The notes under the pieces: generated by a model | Database searches by the model: none | The model's input: only the letters and a program-made list of their open reading frames with translations | What the model was told of the DNA's origin: nothing | Assembly: GCA_021848545.1 (NCBI GenBank) | Contig: JAJZUL010000014.1 | Location: forward strand, 1,430-65,429 | Reading direction: 5' to 3' | DNA length: 64,000 nucleotides | Origin: Pseudomonadota bacterium | GTDB taxonomy: Bacteria > Pseudomonadota > Alphaproteobacteria > Rhodospirillales > Magnetospirillaceae | Position numbers and translations under genes: made by a program | Shown here: piece by piece, positions 42,892 through 52,022 of the stretch | How the letters are laid out: every line of letters begins with the position of its first letter | How positions within the stretch are numbered: the first letter of the stretch is position 1

Positions 42892-43790
42892 GTGAAAAGC
42901 CGACGAAATGCGGCTATGTGGCGGTGGTTGGTGCCCCCAATGCAGGCAAATCCACCTTGGTCAACCAACTGGTCGGGACCAAGGTTTCCATCGTTTCGCC
43001 AAAAGTGCAAACGACCCGGTTCCGCGTTCTCGGCATCGTCATGCTGGACCAGACCCAGGTCATTTTGGTGGATACGCCCGGCATATTCAGCCCGAAACGG
43101 CGGCTTGACCGGGCGATGGTGGCCGCCGCCTGGGATGGCGCCGCCGACGCCGACGTGGTCTGTCTGCTGATCGACGCCGCCCGCGGCTATGACGACGACA
43201 GCCGGGCCATCGTTCAGCGTCTCAAGGATGCGGGGCGTCAGGCGGTGCTGGTGCTCAACAAGGTCGATATCGTCCGCAAGGAGCGTTTGCTGGCCTTGGT
43301 GGCCGAAATGAATGCGGAGGGACTGTTCACCGCCACCTTCATGGTTTCCGCGCTGAGCGGTGACGGCGTCGCGGCTTTGGCGGCGGCGGTGGCCGAGGCG
43401 CTTCCCGAGGGTCCATGGCTGTTTCCCGAAGATCAGGTTTCGGATTTGCCGCAGCGTCTGCTGGCGGCGGAAATCACCCGGGAGAAACTGTTCATCCAGC
43501 TTCAGAAGGAACTTCCCTATGCGGCTGCGGTGGAAACCGAATCCTGGGAAGAGCGCGAGGATGGGTCCGTGCGCATCGATCAGGTGATCTATGTCCAACG
43601 GGAAAGCCAAAAGGCCATCGTCATCGGCAAGGGCGGTCAACGGATCAAGACCATCGGCGCCGCCGCCCGCGAGGAATTGGAGGCGTTGCTGGAACGCCGC
43701 GTCCACCTGTTCCTTCACGCCAAGGTGAAGGAAGACTGGCCGGACCGCCGCGGCTATTACAGTGGCGTCGGGCTCGATTTCGACGTGTGA
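42888..43790 (+). CDS. era: GTPase Era
   Basis: GAPNAGKSTL (G1), DTPG (G3), NKVD (G4), and a KH domain. The GTG start overlaps the rnc stop (GTGA). Confidence 0.95.
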   Translation: MSEKPTKCGYVAVVGAPNAGKSTLVNQLVGTKVSIVSPKVQTTRFRVLGIVMLDQTQVILVDTPGIFSPKRRLDRAMVAAAWDGAADADVVCLLIDAARGYDDDSRAIVQRLKDAGRQAVLVLNKVDIVRKERLLALVAEMNAEGLFTATFMVSALSGDGVAALAAAVAEALPEGPWLFPEDQVSDLPQRLLAAEITREKLFIQLQKELPYAAAVETESWEEREDGSVRIDQVIYVQRESQKAIVIGKGGQRIKTIGAAAREELEALLERRVHLFLHAKVKEDWPDRRGYYSGVGLDFDV

Positions 43791-43801
43791 AGGCATCCGT
43801 C

Positions 43802-44011
43802 ATGAGCGAAACCGTCATCGGGTTGGGGCTCGTCTGGGCGGGTTTGGTGGCGGTGGTGGTCGTGCTGTTGGTCCGGGTCCGGCGCGGCGCCTGGACGGAA
43901 AGCGCTTTCGACGACGCCCCCTCGATCTCGGTCTGGTCGCTGGCGGTGACGGCGGCGGGGCTGGTTTCGGTGTTGGTGGGAACCGGCCTGTTCGTTCTGG
44001 GTCGTCTCTGA
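43802..44011 (+). CDS. small hypothetical two-TM membrane protein
   Basis: 69 aa with two hydrophobic stretches (IGLGLVWAGLVAVVVVLLV; VWSLAVTAAGLVSVLVGTGLFVL). It exactly fills the era-recO gap. No family recognised. Confidence 0.4.
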   Translation: MSETVIGLGLVWAGLVAVVVVLLVRVRRGAWTESAFDDAPSISVWSLAVTAAGLVSVLVGTGLFVLGRL

Positions 44012-44013
44012 CC

Positions 44014-44751
44014 ATGGTTGAGTGGCGGGACGAGGCCATCGTTCTCGGACTCGGCCGGCATGGCGAATCGTCCGCCATCGTCAGCCTGTTGACCCGCGCT
44101 CATGGACGCTATCGGGGGCTGGTGCGTGGCGCCTATGGCAAAAACGGGCGCGGCGTTCTTCTTCCCGGTAACCGGGTGGCGGCATGGTGGCGGGCGCGGC
44201 TGGCGGAGCATCTGGGGGCCTTGCGCTGCGAACTGGTCGATGCCCATGCGGCGCGGGTGATGGCCGATGCCGGGCGGTTGGACGCTTTGGCCGCCGCTTG
44301 CGCCTTGTGCGAGGCGGTTTTGCCGGAACGCCAAGCCCACGGCGCCACCTTCGAATCGCTGACCGCGTTGCTGTCCGGTTTGGAAGCCGAAGCATGGCCA
44401 AGCATTTATGTTCATTGGGAACTGGCGCTGCTCCGCGATCTCGGTTACGGGCTGGATCTCGGGTCCTGCGCCGCCACCGGCGCCAACGATAATCTTGCCT
44501 TCGTCAGCCCCAAAAGCGGTCGGGCGGTGTCCTTGTCGGCCGGCGAGCCGTACCGTGACCGGCTGCTGCCGCTGCCGGGCTTTCTGGTGGCGGGACGGGA
44601 AGGGGACAAGGACGAAATCCGCGACGGGCTGCGGTTGACGGGGTTTTTTCTGGAACGGCACGGATTGACCGGCGGGGGCGCGGGCCTGCCTGCCGCGCGG
44701 CTGCGTCTGGCCAGCCGTTTCGGTGCCGATCCCGCAAACCTGGAAAACTAG
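44014..44751 (+). CDS. recO: DNA repair protein RecO
   Basis: MVEWRDEAIVLGLGRHGESSAIVSLLTRAHGRYRGLVRG is the typical RecO OB-fold N-terminus. Conserved era-recO context. Confidence 0.85.
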   Translation: MVEWRDEAIVLGLGRHGESSAIVSLLTRAHGRYRGLVRGAYGKNGRGVLLPGNRVAAWWRARLAEHLGALRCELVDAHAARVMADAGRLDALAAACALCEAVLPERQAHGATFESLTALLSGLEAEAWPSIYVHWELALLRDLGYGLDLGSCAATGANDNLAFVSPKSGRAVSLSAGEPYRDRLLPLPGFLVAGREGDKDEIRDGLRLTGFFLERHGLTGGGAGLPAARLRLASRFGADPANLEN

Positions 44752-44819
44752 TCATTGACGGGGTGGCCTGAGAAGCTACCATATATTGGATTCTTTCCCC
44801 CTCCCAACTCTTCGAGCTC

Positions 44820-47042
44820 ATGAGCGAACCAGGCACAGTCGGCCATATCCGCGAAACCCCGCTGACGGAAGCATTGGGGGAACGGTATCTGGCCTATGCG
44901 ATGTCGACCATCGTGTCGCGTTCCCTTCCCGATGTGCGCGACGGCCTGAAACCGGTTCATCGCCGTCTGTTGTACGCCATGCGGGAATTGAAGCTGGACC
45001 CCGAGGGCGGGTTCAAGAAATGCGCCCGCGTCGTCGGTGACGTCATCGGCAAGTTTCACCCGCACGGAGAGACGGCGGTTTACGATTCCATGGTGCGTCT
45101 GGCCCAGGATTTCGCGGTCCGCTATCCCTTGGTGGAAGGGCAGGGGAATTTCGGCAATATCGACGGCGACAATGCCGCCGCCATGCGCTACACCGAAGCC
45201 AAATTGACGGCCGCCGCCGCCGCCCTGATGGAGGGGTTGGACGAAAACGCCGTCGATTTCCGGCCGACCTATGACGGCAGCGAAGACGAGCCGGTGGTCA
45301 TGCCGGCGGCTTTTCCCAATCTGCTGGCCAATGGGGCCGCCGGTATCGCCGTCGGCATGGCCACCAGCATACCGCCGCACAATGTAGGTGAAATCTGTGC
45401 GGCGCTATCGCATCTGATCGCCAATCCCGATTGCGACGTGGATGCCCTGGTCGAGCATATGCCGGGACCGGATTTTCCCACCGGTGGTGTCCTGGTCGAG
45501 ACGCGGGAATCCATTCTTGAGTCGTATCGAAACGGTCGCGGATCGTTCCGAGTGCGGTGCAAATGGGATGCGGAGCGTCTGTCCCACGGCCTGTATCAGA
45601 TCGTCATCCGGGAAATTCCCTATCAGGTCCAGAAATCGAAGCTGATCGAAAAGATCGCCGATCTTCTGAACGACAAGAAACTGCCCCTTCTTGCCGATAT
45701 CCGCGACGAATCGGCCGAAGATGTACGGATCATCCTGGAGCCGCGAAGCCGGTCGGTCGATCCCGACCATGTCATGGAGCAATTGTTCCGTCAGACGGAC
45801 CTGGAAGTGCGCATTCCCCTCAATATGAACGTGCTGGATCGTGACGCCGTTCCGAAAGTGATGACGTTGAAGGAGGTGCTGCGCGCCTTTCTCGATCACC
45901 GCATGGAGGTTCTGGAACGCCGTTCCCGCCATCGTCTCGACAAGATCAATCGCCGGCTCGAGATTTTGGCCGGGTACCTGATCGCCTTTCTCAATCTGGA
46001 CGAGGTCATCCGCATCATCCGAGAGGAGGACGAACCCAAGGCGGCGTTGATCGCTCGCTTCGCGCTGACCGAAACCCAGGCCGAGGCCATCCTCAATATG
46101 CGGTTGCGCTCGCTGCGCAAGCTCGAAGAGATGGAAATCCGCAAGGAGGATGCGGCACTGACCGCCGAGCGCGATCGTCTGGTCGGATTACTAGCCGACC
46201 CAACCGGGCGCTGGGCGGCCATCGCCGATGAGATCGCCGGAATTGCCCGTCAATTCGGCGGCGATACCGATCTGGGGCGACGGCGGACGGAAATAGGCGA
46301 CGCGCCGTCGGCCGTCATCGTGCCGATCGAGGCGTTCGTCGAGCGTGAGGCCATCACCGTCATCCTGTCGGAAAAGGGGTGGGTGCGCGCCGCCCGGGGC
46401 CATACCGATCCGGGCGACGATCTGAAATTCAAGGAAGGCGATTCGTTCAAGCTGGCTGTCAAGGCCGAGACCACGGACAAGATTCTGCTGTTTTCCACCG
46501 ACGGACGCTTTTACACCCTGGCTGCCGATAAACTTCCACGTGGTCGCGGCCACGGTGAGCCGGTTCGCTTGATGGTCGATCTTGCCAATGACGCGGACGT
46601 GATCGCATTGCTGGTGCATCGGCCGGACCGCAAATTGCTGGTGGCGAGTTCGGCCGGCCGCGGGTTCGTGGTGGAGGAAAACGAGGTTCTGGCGCAGACC
46701 CGGGCCGGCAAGATGGTGCTGAACGTCGATAGCGGGGAAAGAGCCGCTTTCTGCCTGCCGTTCGATGGCGATGCCGTGGCGGTCATCGGTCAGAACAGAA
46801 AACTGCTGGTGTTCGGGGCAAACGAGATACCGGTGATGAGCCGGGGGCGTGGCGTCATTCTTCAAAAATACCGGGATGGCGGGGCCGCGGACATCAAGGT
46901 CTTCACCTTGGCCGATGGCCTGTCATGGCAAAGTGGCGAACGTCAGCGGACCGAACGGGACCTGACCGCCTGGCTGGGCAAGCGGGCGTCGGTGGGGCGT
47001 CTTCCGCCTACCGGGTTTCCGCGATCGAATCGATTTACGTAA
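44820..47042 (+). CDS. parC: DNA topoisomerase IV subunit A
   Basis: [29 protein letters not shown] and AAMRYTE (active-site Tyr). 740 aa with no GyrA box, which is consistent with ParC. Confidence 0.93.
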   Translation: MSEPGTVGHIRETPLTEALGERYLAYAMSTIVSRSLPDVRDGLKPVHRRLLYAMRELKLDPEGGFKKCARVVGDVIGKFHPHGETAVYDSMVRLAQDFAVRYPLVEGQGNFGNIDGDNAAAMRYTEAKLTAAAAALMEGLDENAVDFRPTYDGSEDEPVVMPAAFPNLLANGAAGIAVGMATSIPPHNVGEICAALSHLIANPDCDVDALVEHMPGPDFPTGGVLVETRESILESYRNGRGSFRVRCKWDAERLSHGLYQIVIREIPYQVQKSKLIEKIADLLNDKKLPLLADIRDESAEDVRIILEPRSRSVDPDHVMEQLFRQTDLEVRIPLNMNVLDRDAVPKVMTLKEVLRAFLDHRMEVLERRSRHRLDKINRRLEILAGYLIAFLNLDEVIRIIREEDEPKAALIARFALTETQAEAILNMRLRSLRKLEEMEIRKEDAALTAERDRLVGLLADPTGRWAAIADEIAGIARQFGGDTDLGRRRTEIGDAPSAVIVPIEAFVEREAITVILSEKGWVRAARGHTDPGDDLKFKEGDSFKLAVKAETTDKILLFSTDGRFYTLAADKLPRGRGHGEPVRLMVDLANDADVIALLVHRPDRKLLVASSAGRGFVVEENEVLAQTRAGKMVLNVDSGERAAFCLPFDGDAVAVIGQNRKLLVFGANEIPVMSRGRGVILQKYRDGGAADIKVFTLADGLSWQSGERQRTERDLTAWLGKRASVGRLPPTGFPRSNRFT

Positions 47043-47060
47043 AGGCTGGCGCCATCGAAA

Positions 47061-47792
47061 TCACGATTCGGTCGAAGGTACGCGGTGCCAGCCGTTGGGG
47101 CCGAAGGCTTCCAGCGGTTTGAAGCGGGCCTTATAGGACATTTTGCGGCTTTCGGTGATCCAGTAGCCCAGATAGACGTATGGAAGGTTGAGGCGCAAGG
47201 TTTCCTCGATCAGCCAGAGCACCATATAGGTGCCCAGCGACCGCGTCGGCTGGTCCGGCTCGAAAAAGCTGTAGACGGCGGAAAGACCGTCCGCCATACG
47301 ATCGGCCAGACAGACGGCGATCAGCGTGTTGTCGGGCAGGCGGAATTCCACCATGAAGGTCTCGATGGGGCTGTCCTCGACCATCGACCGGTAATCGTAA
47401 TAGCCCATCAAGGCCATGTCCCCGCCGGCATGGCGCGAATCCTGGTAGCGGGAGAACAGGCGGTAGTGTTCGGACGTCGCCCTGGCCGGTATGCGACGGA
47501 TGATCAGGTCGGCGTTGTTGCGCCCGATCCGTCGCATGGTCCGGTTAGCCTGGAACGATTCGCAAACGATCCGCACCGGAATGCAGGCGTTGCAACCAGG
47601 GCATGCCGGTGTGTAGGCGATGGAATGGCTGCGGCGAAAGCCGGCGCGTGACAAGGCTTCGTGAAGGTCTTCGGCGTCCGGGCCGGTCAGTTCGGTGACG
47701 ATCTTGCGCTCAAGCCGCCCAGGGATGTAGGGGCAGGGCAGGGGAGCCGTCGTAAAAAAGAAGTGCGGCCGTTTTAGGGGAAAATGATCCAT
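47061..47792 (-). CDS. bpt: arginyltransferase / Asp-Glu leucyltransferase (Bpt, N-end rule)
   Basis: CPYIPGR, GFRRSH, CPGCNACIPVR, GLSAVYSFFEP, YVYLGYWI motifs of the ATE_N/ATE_C domains. Confidence 0.9.
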   Translation of the reverse strand: MDHFPLKRPHFFFTTAPLPCPYIPGRLERKIVTELTGPDAEDLHEALSRAGFRRSHSIAYTPACPGCNACIPVRIVCESFQANRTMRRIGRNNADLIIRRIPARATSEHYRLFSRYQDSRHAGGDMALMGYYDYRSMVEDSPIETFMVEFRLPDNTLIAVCLADRMADGLSAVYSFFEPDQPTRSLGTYMVLWLIEETLRLNLPYVYLGYWITESRKMSYKARFKPLEAFGPNGWHRVPSTES

Positions 47793-47807
47793 CGTCGTCC
47801 AATTCCG

Positions 47808-47953
47808 GCTCTAAATCACAAATTAGAGGGCGATTCAGACATTCCCGGGCGCAGCCGCTCGGATGAAAGTATCACGCGATTTACCCGCCGTTGCAAAGAT
47901 ATGGGGGCGCCGCTGTGCCATTTCATCGTCGGTCCGACGTCATTGCGCTTCTA
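47808..47953. repeat. variant copy of the mosaic element (modules 2+3 with an enlarged loop)
   Basis: GCTCTAAATCACAAATTAGAGGGCGATTCAGACATT ... GACGTCATTGCGCTTCTA. It is homologous to the right two-thirds of the 47976-48125 copy. Confidence 0.65.
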
Positions 47954-47975
47954 CCGTTTCCGGTTGATTGATCCG

Positions 47976-48125
47976 CTAGAGCCGGATGCGATTAGGTTGA
48001 ATCGCTTCGCGATTCGCCCTAATCGCTGAATCCGCCTCTAAATCAATAAATTAGAGTGCGATTCAGACATTAGATCACGCGCTTGCGCGCCTATCTCGCG
48101 CCTATCTAATGTCATCGCGCTCTAG
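47976..48125. repeat. 150-bp palindromic mosaic element (CTAGAG...CTCTAG), copy 2
   Basis: CTAGAGCCGGATGCGATTAGGTTGAATCGCTTCGCGATTCGCCCTAATCGCTGAATCCGCCTCTAAATCAATAAATTAGAGTGCGATTCAGACATTAGAT...ATCTAATGTCATCGCGCTCTAG. The left 90 bp are near-identical to 6421-6510. Confidence 0.8.
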
Positions 48126-48649
48126 GGTTCTCCCCGCCCCGCAATCGGCGTTGGCCCCATGATCCGCGTGTCGAAGGCATTGATGACGACCGTACCGGCC
48201 AGCCAATCGTGCAAGGTCCTCCGACGGCGGTTGAACAAAGCCACGATCAGTATCAGGGAGCCGGTAGCGGCAATGGAACCGTAAAACGTTACGGTCTGGA
48301 TGACGGCTTGCGGCAGGGTCGGATGTCCATCGGATCCGGCGGCGATGCTCATGACCCGGATACTCATGGCGCGCATCCCCAAGGTGGCCGCGCGCGGTCC
48401 TCCTATCTGCAGCGAATGATAGGCCAATGGGACCAGGACGGATGGTACCCCAAGAAGCGGCCAGGTCGCCCCCAACGTAAAAATACCCAGAATGAGAAGG
48501 CAGCCCCACAGCGCGGCGACCACCACCATGATCGCGATGACATCGACGGCGTAAGCGAGAATGCGCTTGCCGACAATGCCGTCAAAATAATCCGGGCTGA
48601 TGTCCGGACGGTGCCGCGAGGCGTATGCCGTCACCAATTTGGCCGTCAT
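48122..48649 (-). CDS. RDD family membrane protein
   Basis: RILAYAVDVIAIMVVVAAL..., three TM segments, and RRRTLHDWLAGTVV are typical of the RDD domain. The start overlaps the motB stop (ATGA). The stop codon lies in the terminal CTCTAG of the repeat. Confidence 0.7.
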   Translation of the reverse strand: MTAKLVTAYASRHRPDISPDYFDGIVGKRILAYAVDVIAIMVVVAALWGCLLILGIFTLGATWPLLGVPSVLVPLAYHSLQIGGPRAATLGMRAMSIRVMSIAAGSDGHPTLPQAVIQTVTFYGSIAATGSLILIVALFNRRRRTLHDWLAGTVVINAFDTRIMGPTPIAGRGEP

Positions 48650-49608
48650 GGGGTCTGGGCGGCTCCCGAAGGGCCGATCTTGGTGAGGGGGACCGATGGC
48701 GACGGGGTTAGATCGCTTTGTCGCAGCAAGGTGATGCTGATACGACGATTGCGCGGCGATTTGGGGTCGCTCTTGATCAAGGGGTCGGTGGCCGCCCGTC
48801 CGACCACGCGTTCGACCCGCGATGGATTGACGCCCGCGGCGATTAAGGCGCGGCGGGTGGCAAGGGCACGGTCCGCCGACAATTCCCAATTGGTGTAGCC
48901 GTTCGGGTCGTGGTAGGGCACCGAATCGGTATGGCCGGATATGGAAATCTTGTTGGGCAGCTTGTTGATCACCTGGGCCACAAGGTCGATCAGCGCCCGC
49001 GTATAGCCATACATCGCCGAACTCCCCGATGGGAACATCGCCAAGCCGTTCTGGTCGGTGATCTGGATACGCAGCCCCTGCGGCGTGTTATCGATCAGCA
49101 GCGATCCTTTATAGGGTTTGAGTTCCGGAATGCCGCTGATGGCCTTCTCCAAAGTCTGTTCCGCGGCGACGAAACTACGCTGCTCGCGCGCGGCCATTTC
49201 CTTGCGCAATTCAGCGCGTTTTTCCGCCTTGGTTTCCTTAGTTTGGCCGCCAGCCTTGTGCTGGGGGCTGCTGGCGGTGAGGTCCTGTCCACCGGGGCCG
49301 ATGGAGGAGGGGGGGAGGTGCTCGACCAGGCTGGGGGAATTGGTTTGCGACGTTTCCGCGCCGTGGCCGATGACCTGGCCGCCAAGAATGCCCCCGGCGC
49401 CCGAATTGTTTTGGGACGCCATGGTGGGGGCGAAATAATTGGAAATGCCGGTCAGTTGCTCCTCTGTCACGGCGTTAAGGAGCCATAACAGCAGGAAGAA
49501 CGCCATCATGGCGGTCACGAAATCGGCATAGGCCACCTTCCAGGCGCCGCCGTGGTGGCCGCCGGAAACCTTCTTGACCCGCTTGATGATAATCTGTTTG
49601 TCCGCCAT
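48646..49608 (-). CDS. motB: flagellar motor stator protein MotB (OmpA-like C-terminal domain)
   Basis: GGAWKVAYADFVTAMMAFFLLLWL (plug/TM with the conserved Asp) and the C-terminal GHTDSVP...NWELSADRA...NRRISI peptidoglycan-binding motif. Confidence 0.9.
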   Translation of the reverse strand: MADKQIIIKRVKKVSGGHHGGAWKVAYADFVTAMMAFFLLLWLLNAVTEEQLTGISNYFAPTMASQNNSGAGGILGGQVIGHGAETSQTNSPSLVEHLPPSSIGPGGQDLTASSPQHKAGGQTKETKAEKRAELRKEMAAREQRSFVAAEQTLEKAISGIPELKPYKGSLLIDNTPQGLRIQITDQNGLAMFPSGSSAMYGYTRALIDLVAQVINKLPNKISISGHTDSVPYHDPNGYTNWELSADRALATRRALIAAGVNPSRVERVVGRAATDPLIKSDPKSPRNRRISITLLRQSDLTPSPSVPLTKIGPSGAAQTP

Positions 49609-49710
49609 GGCAGCGCGGTTCTCCGTCTGCTCGGGACCCCTGACTTACGATGCGGCCCGGAAGGTCCGTCTGGTCATCCCGGGCCGCGATGCGATCCTAG
49701 CACTTTTTTT

Positions 49711-50571
49711 TTAATCGGGGGGCAAATTGGTAACGGTGTCTTCCAGTTCCTGGAAGGTCGGCCGCAACTCATCAGGGAGCGTCTTTCTCGCAAATTCTAT
49801 CGATACCTGCGGCGCATACCCTTGCATATGGGCCAAAAGCCCGGCCTTGATGGCCGACAGATAATAGGCGTCCGTGTCGAAACACAACTGTATGTTGCGA
49901 CCTATGGGGGCGAAAATGGTGTACGACAGAAGCACGCCGGTAAAGGTTCCGACCAGGGCTCCGCCGATCAGGTGACCCAAAACCTCGGGGGGTTCGGTGA
50001 TCGATCCCATGGTGTGGATGACGCCGAGCACGGCGGCGACGATGCCGAGCGCCGGCATCGCATCGGCCATCAATACGATGGCATGCGAGGTCTCGTGGTA
50101 TAATTTGTGATGAGATTCCAGTTCCCCATCAATAATGGCTTCAAGTTCATGGGCATTAGACGTGCCCAATGTCAAAAGGCGAAGGTAATCGCATAAAAAT
50201 GTGCGGGTGTGGAGGTTTGTATTGAAATTTGGAAATTTAGCGAATAGCGGGGATTCGTCCGGTTTTTCCACATGACTTTCCAGGGCGAGGTCACCCTTGG
50301 TTTTGGCCAGTTTGAAAACCGAATACATCATCGAAAGAAGTTCGACGAAGCTGTCGCGGTTGTGGTGGGGGCCCTTGAACGCCAGGGGGACGTTCCTGAC
50401 GATGGACATGATGATCGTTTTGGGGTTGCCCAAAAGCAACGAGCCAAAGGCGGCGCCAACGATGATCAGCCACTCGAACGGCTGAACCAGCACGCTGAGA
50501 CGGCCGCCTTCGAACACATAGCCGCCGACGACCGAAATGGCCGTCACGACAATGCCGATGATACCGAACAT
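49711..50571 (-). CDS. motA: flagellar motor stator protein MotA
   Basis: 286 aa, four TM segments, and C-terminal AMPALGIVAAVLGVIHTM...ALVGTFTGVLLSY typical of the MotA/ExbB proton channel family. Confidence 0.9.
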   Translation of the reverse strand: MFGIIGIVVTAISVVGGYVFEGGRLSVLVQPFEWLIIVGAAFGSLLLGNPKTIIMSIVRNVPLAFKGPHHNRDSFVELLSMMYSVFKLAKTKGDLALESHVEKPDESPLFAKFPNFNTNLHTRTFLCDYLRLLTLGTSNAHELEAIIDGELESHHKLYHETSHAIVLMADAMPALGIVAAVLGVIHTMGSITEPPEVLGHLIGGALVGTFTGVLLSYTIFAPIGRNIQLCFDTDAYYLSAIKAGLLAHMQGYAPQVSIEFARKTLPDELRPTFQELEDTVTNLPPD

Positions 50572-50791
50572 CCGGTTCCCCTGTGCGGCGCCGGCCGAAG
50601 GATGGCGGCCGTAACCTCTTCACTGCCACCTTCTTATAATTCGCCGCCACCGCAATGAGTCAACTGTGTTGTTCCTTAAAATAGGACGATGCGAAAAATG
50701 GCCGTCTCTCTCGCGAAGGGGAAATTTGACCTTGACGGCAAAAACTTATTATCTTCACTTTTTGGCTCAGAGCCTGTGTGTGAGAGCGGCA

Positions 50792-51295
50792 ATGACGGTT
50801 GACGAGCGATCTTTTCGCAGAACCTTGGGGTGTTTTGCGACGGGCGTGACGGTGGTCACGACCCTGATTCCGAATACGACGGTACCGCTTGGCGTAACCG
50901 TAAGCTCCTTTTCCTCCCTGTCTTTATCGCCGCCACTGATCTTGTTCAGTCTGGGAAAAGATCTCTCTACGATCGACAGCTACTGCGACTTCGGTTATTT
51001 CGCGGTTAACGTTTTGGCGGAGACGCAGCGGGATATATCCATCCGCTTTTCCAGTCGGGTTGATGACCGTTGGCGTGGAATTAAGTATAAAACATGGGAA
51101 TCTGGCGTTCCCATTCTCGATGAGTGCCTCGCGAATCTTGAATGTCGCTTGAGTGCTGTCCACGACGGTGGAGATCATCTGATTTTTGTTGGCGAGGTTG
51201 TCCGGCTGCGTCACGAAGAGGGAGGGGCGCCGCTTATTTATTTCCGTGGCGCCTATATGGAGTACGGTCCGCCGCCTCCGGTCGCCGCGGGATAA
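50792..51295 (+). CDS. flavin reductase family protein (FMN-binding split barrel)
   Basis: FRRTLGCFATGVTVVTT... and GDHLIFVGEV patterns of HpaC/NtaB-like flavin reductases. Start at ATG 50792. Confidence 0.8.
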   Translation: MTVDERSFRRTLGCFATGVTVVTTLIPNTTVPLGVTVSSFSSLSLSPPLILFSLGKDLSTIDSYCDFGYFAVNVLAETQRDISIRFSSRVDDRWRGIKYKTWESGVPILDECLANLECRLSAVHDGGDHLIFVGEVVRLRHEEGGAPLIYFRGAYMEYGPPPPVAAG

Positions 51296-51332
51296 CCGGT
51301 TCCGAAAGATCGGGGCTCTCAGGCCTGTGGCG

Positions 51333-52022
51333 TTACGGCCCAGGTTGCAATATGCCGTCTTTCAGGCGGACAATGCGGTCCATCCGACTGGCGAGGTCGG
51401 GGTTATGCGTCGCGATCAACGCTCCCAGTCCGGCGGCGCGCACGTGGCGCAGCAATTCATCGAAAACATGCTCCGACGTGTGAACGTCGAGATTGCCGGT
51501 AGGCTCGTCCGCCAGAAGAATTCTGGGGGCGTTGGCCAGGGCGCGGGCGATGGCGACGCGCTGTTGTTCGCCCCCCGACATTTGTCCGGGGCGATGGGCC
51601 GCCCGGTTGGCCAACCCCATCATGGCCAGCAATTCCTTGGCTCGCGTTACCGCCTGGGACCGGGGCAGGCCGGCGATCATCTGCGGCAATACCACGTTTT
51701 CCAGCGCGGAAAATTCCGGCAGAAGGTGATGGTATTGGTAGACGAACCCGAGATGCATCCGCCGCAGCCGGGTCCGCCGGTTGTCCGACAGCGAACCGCA
51801 GGCTTCGCCCCCCAGATAGACCTCGCCGGCATCCGGGCGCTCCAGAAGGCCGGCGATTTGCAAGAGGGTTGATTTTCCGGCGCCGGATGGGCCGACCAAG
51901 GCCACGATTTCGCCGGGACGCAGAGTGAAATCCACGCCCGTCAACACGTCGAGGCGGTCCTTGCCCTGGACGAAATAGCGGACGATCCCCTCCAGGCGGA
52001 GGCCGCTGGTCTCCTCACTCAT
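51333..52022 (-). CDS. lolD: lipoprotein-releasing ABC transporter ATP-binding protein
   Basis: Walker [10 protein letters not shown], signature [15 protein letters not shown], Walker [13 protein letters not shown]. Adjacent to the lolC/E-type permease. Confidence 0.9.
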   Translation of the reverse strand: MSEETSGLRLEGIVRYFVQGKDRLDVLTGVDFTLRPGEIVALVGPSGAGKSTLLQIAGLLERPDAGEVYLGGEACGSLSDNRRTRLRRMHLGFVYQYHHLLPEFSALENVVLPQMIAGLPRSQAVTRAKELLAMMGLANRAAHRPGQMSGGEQQRVAIARALANAPRILLADEPTGNLDVHTSEHVFDELLRHVRAAGLGALIATHNPDLASRMDRIVRLKDGILQPGP

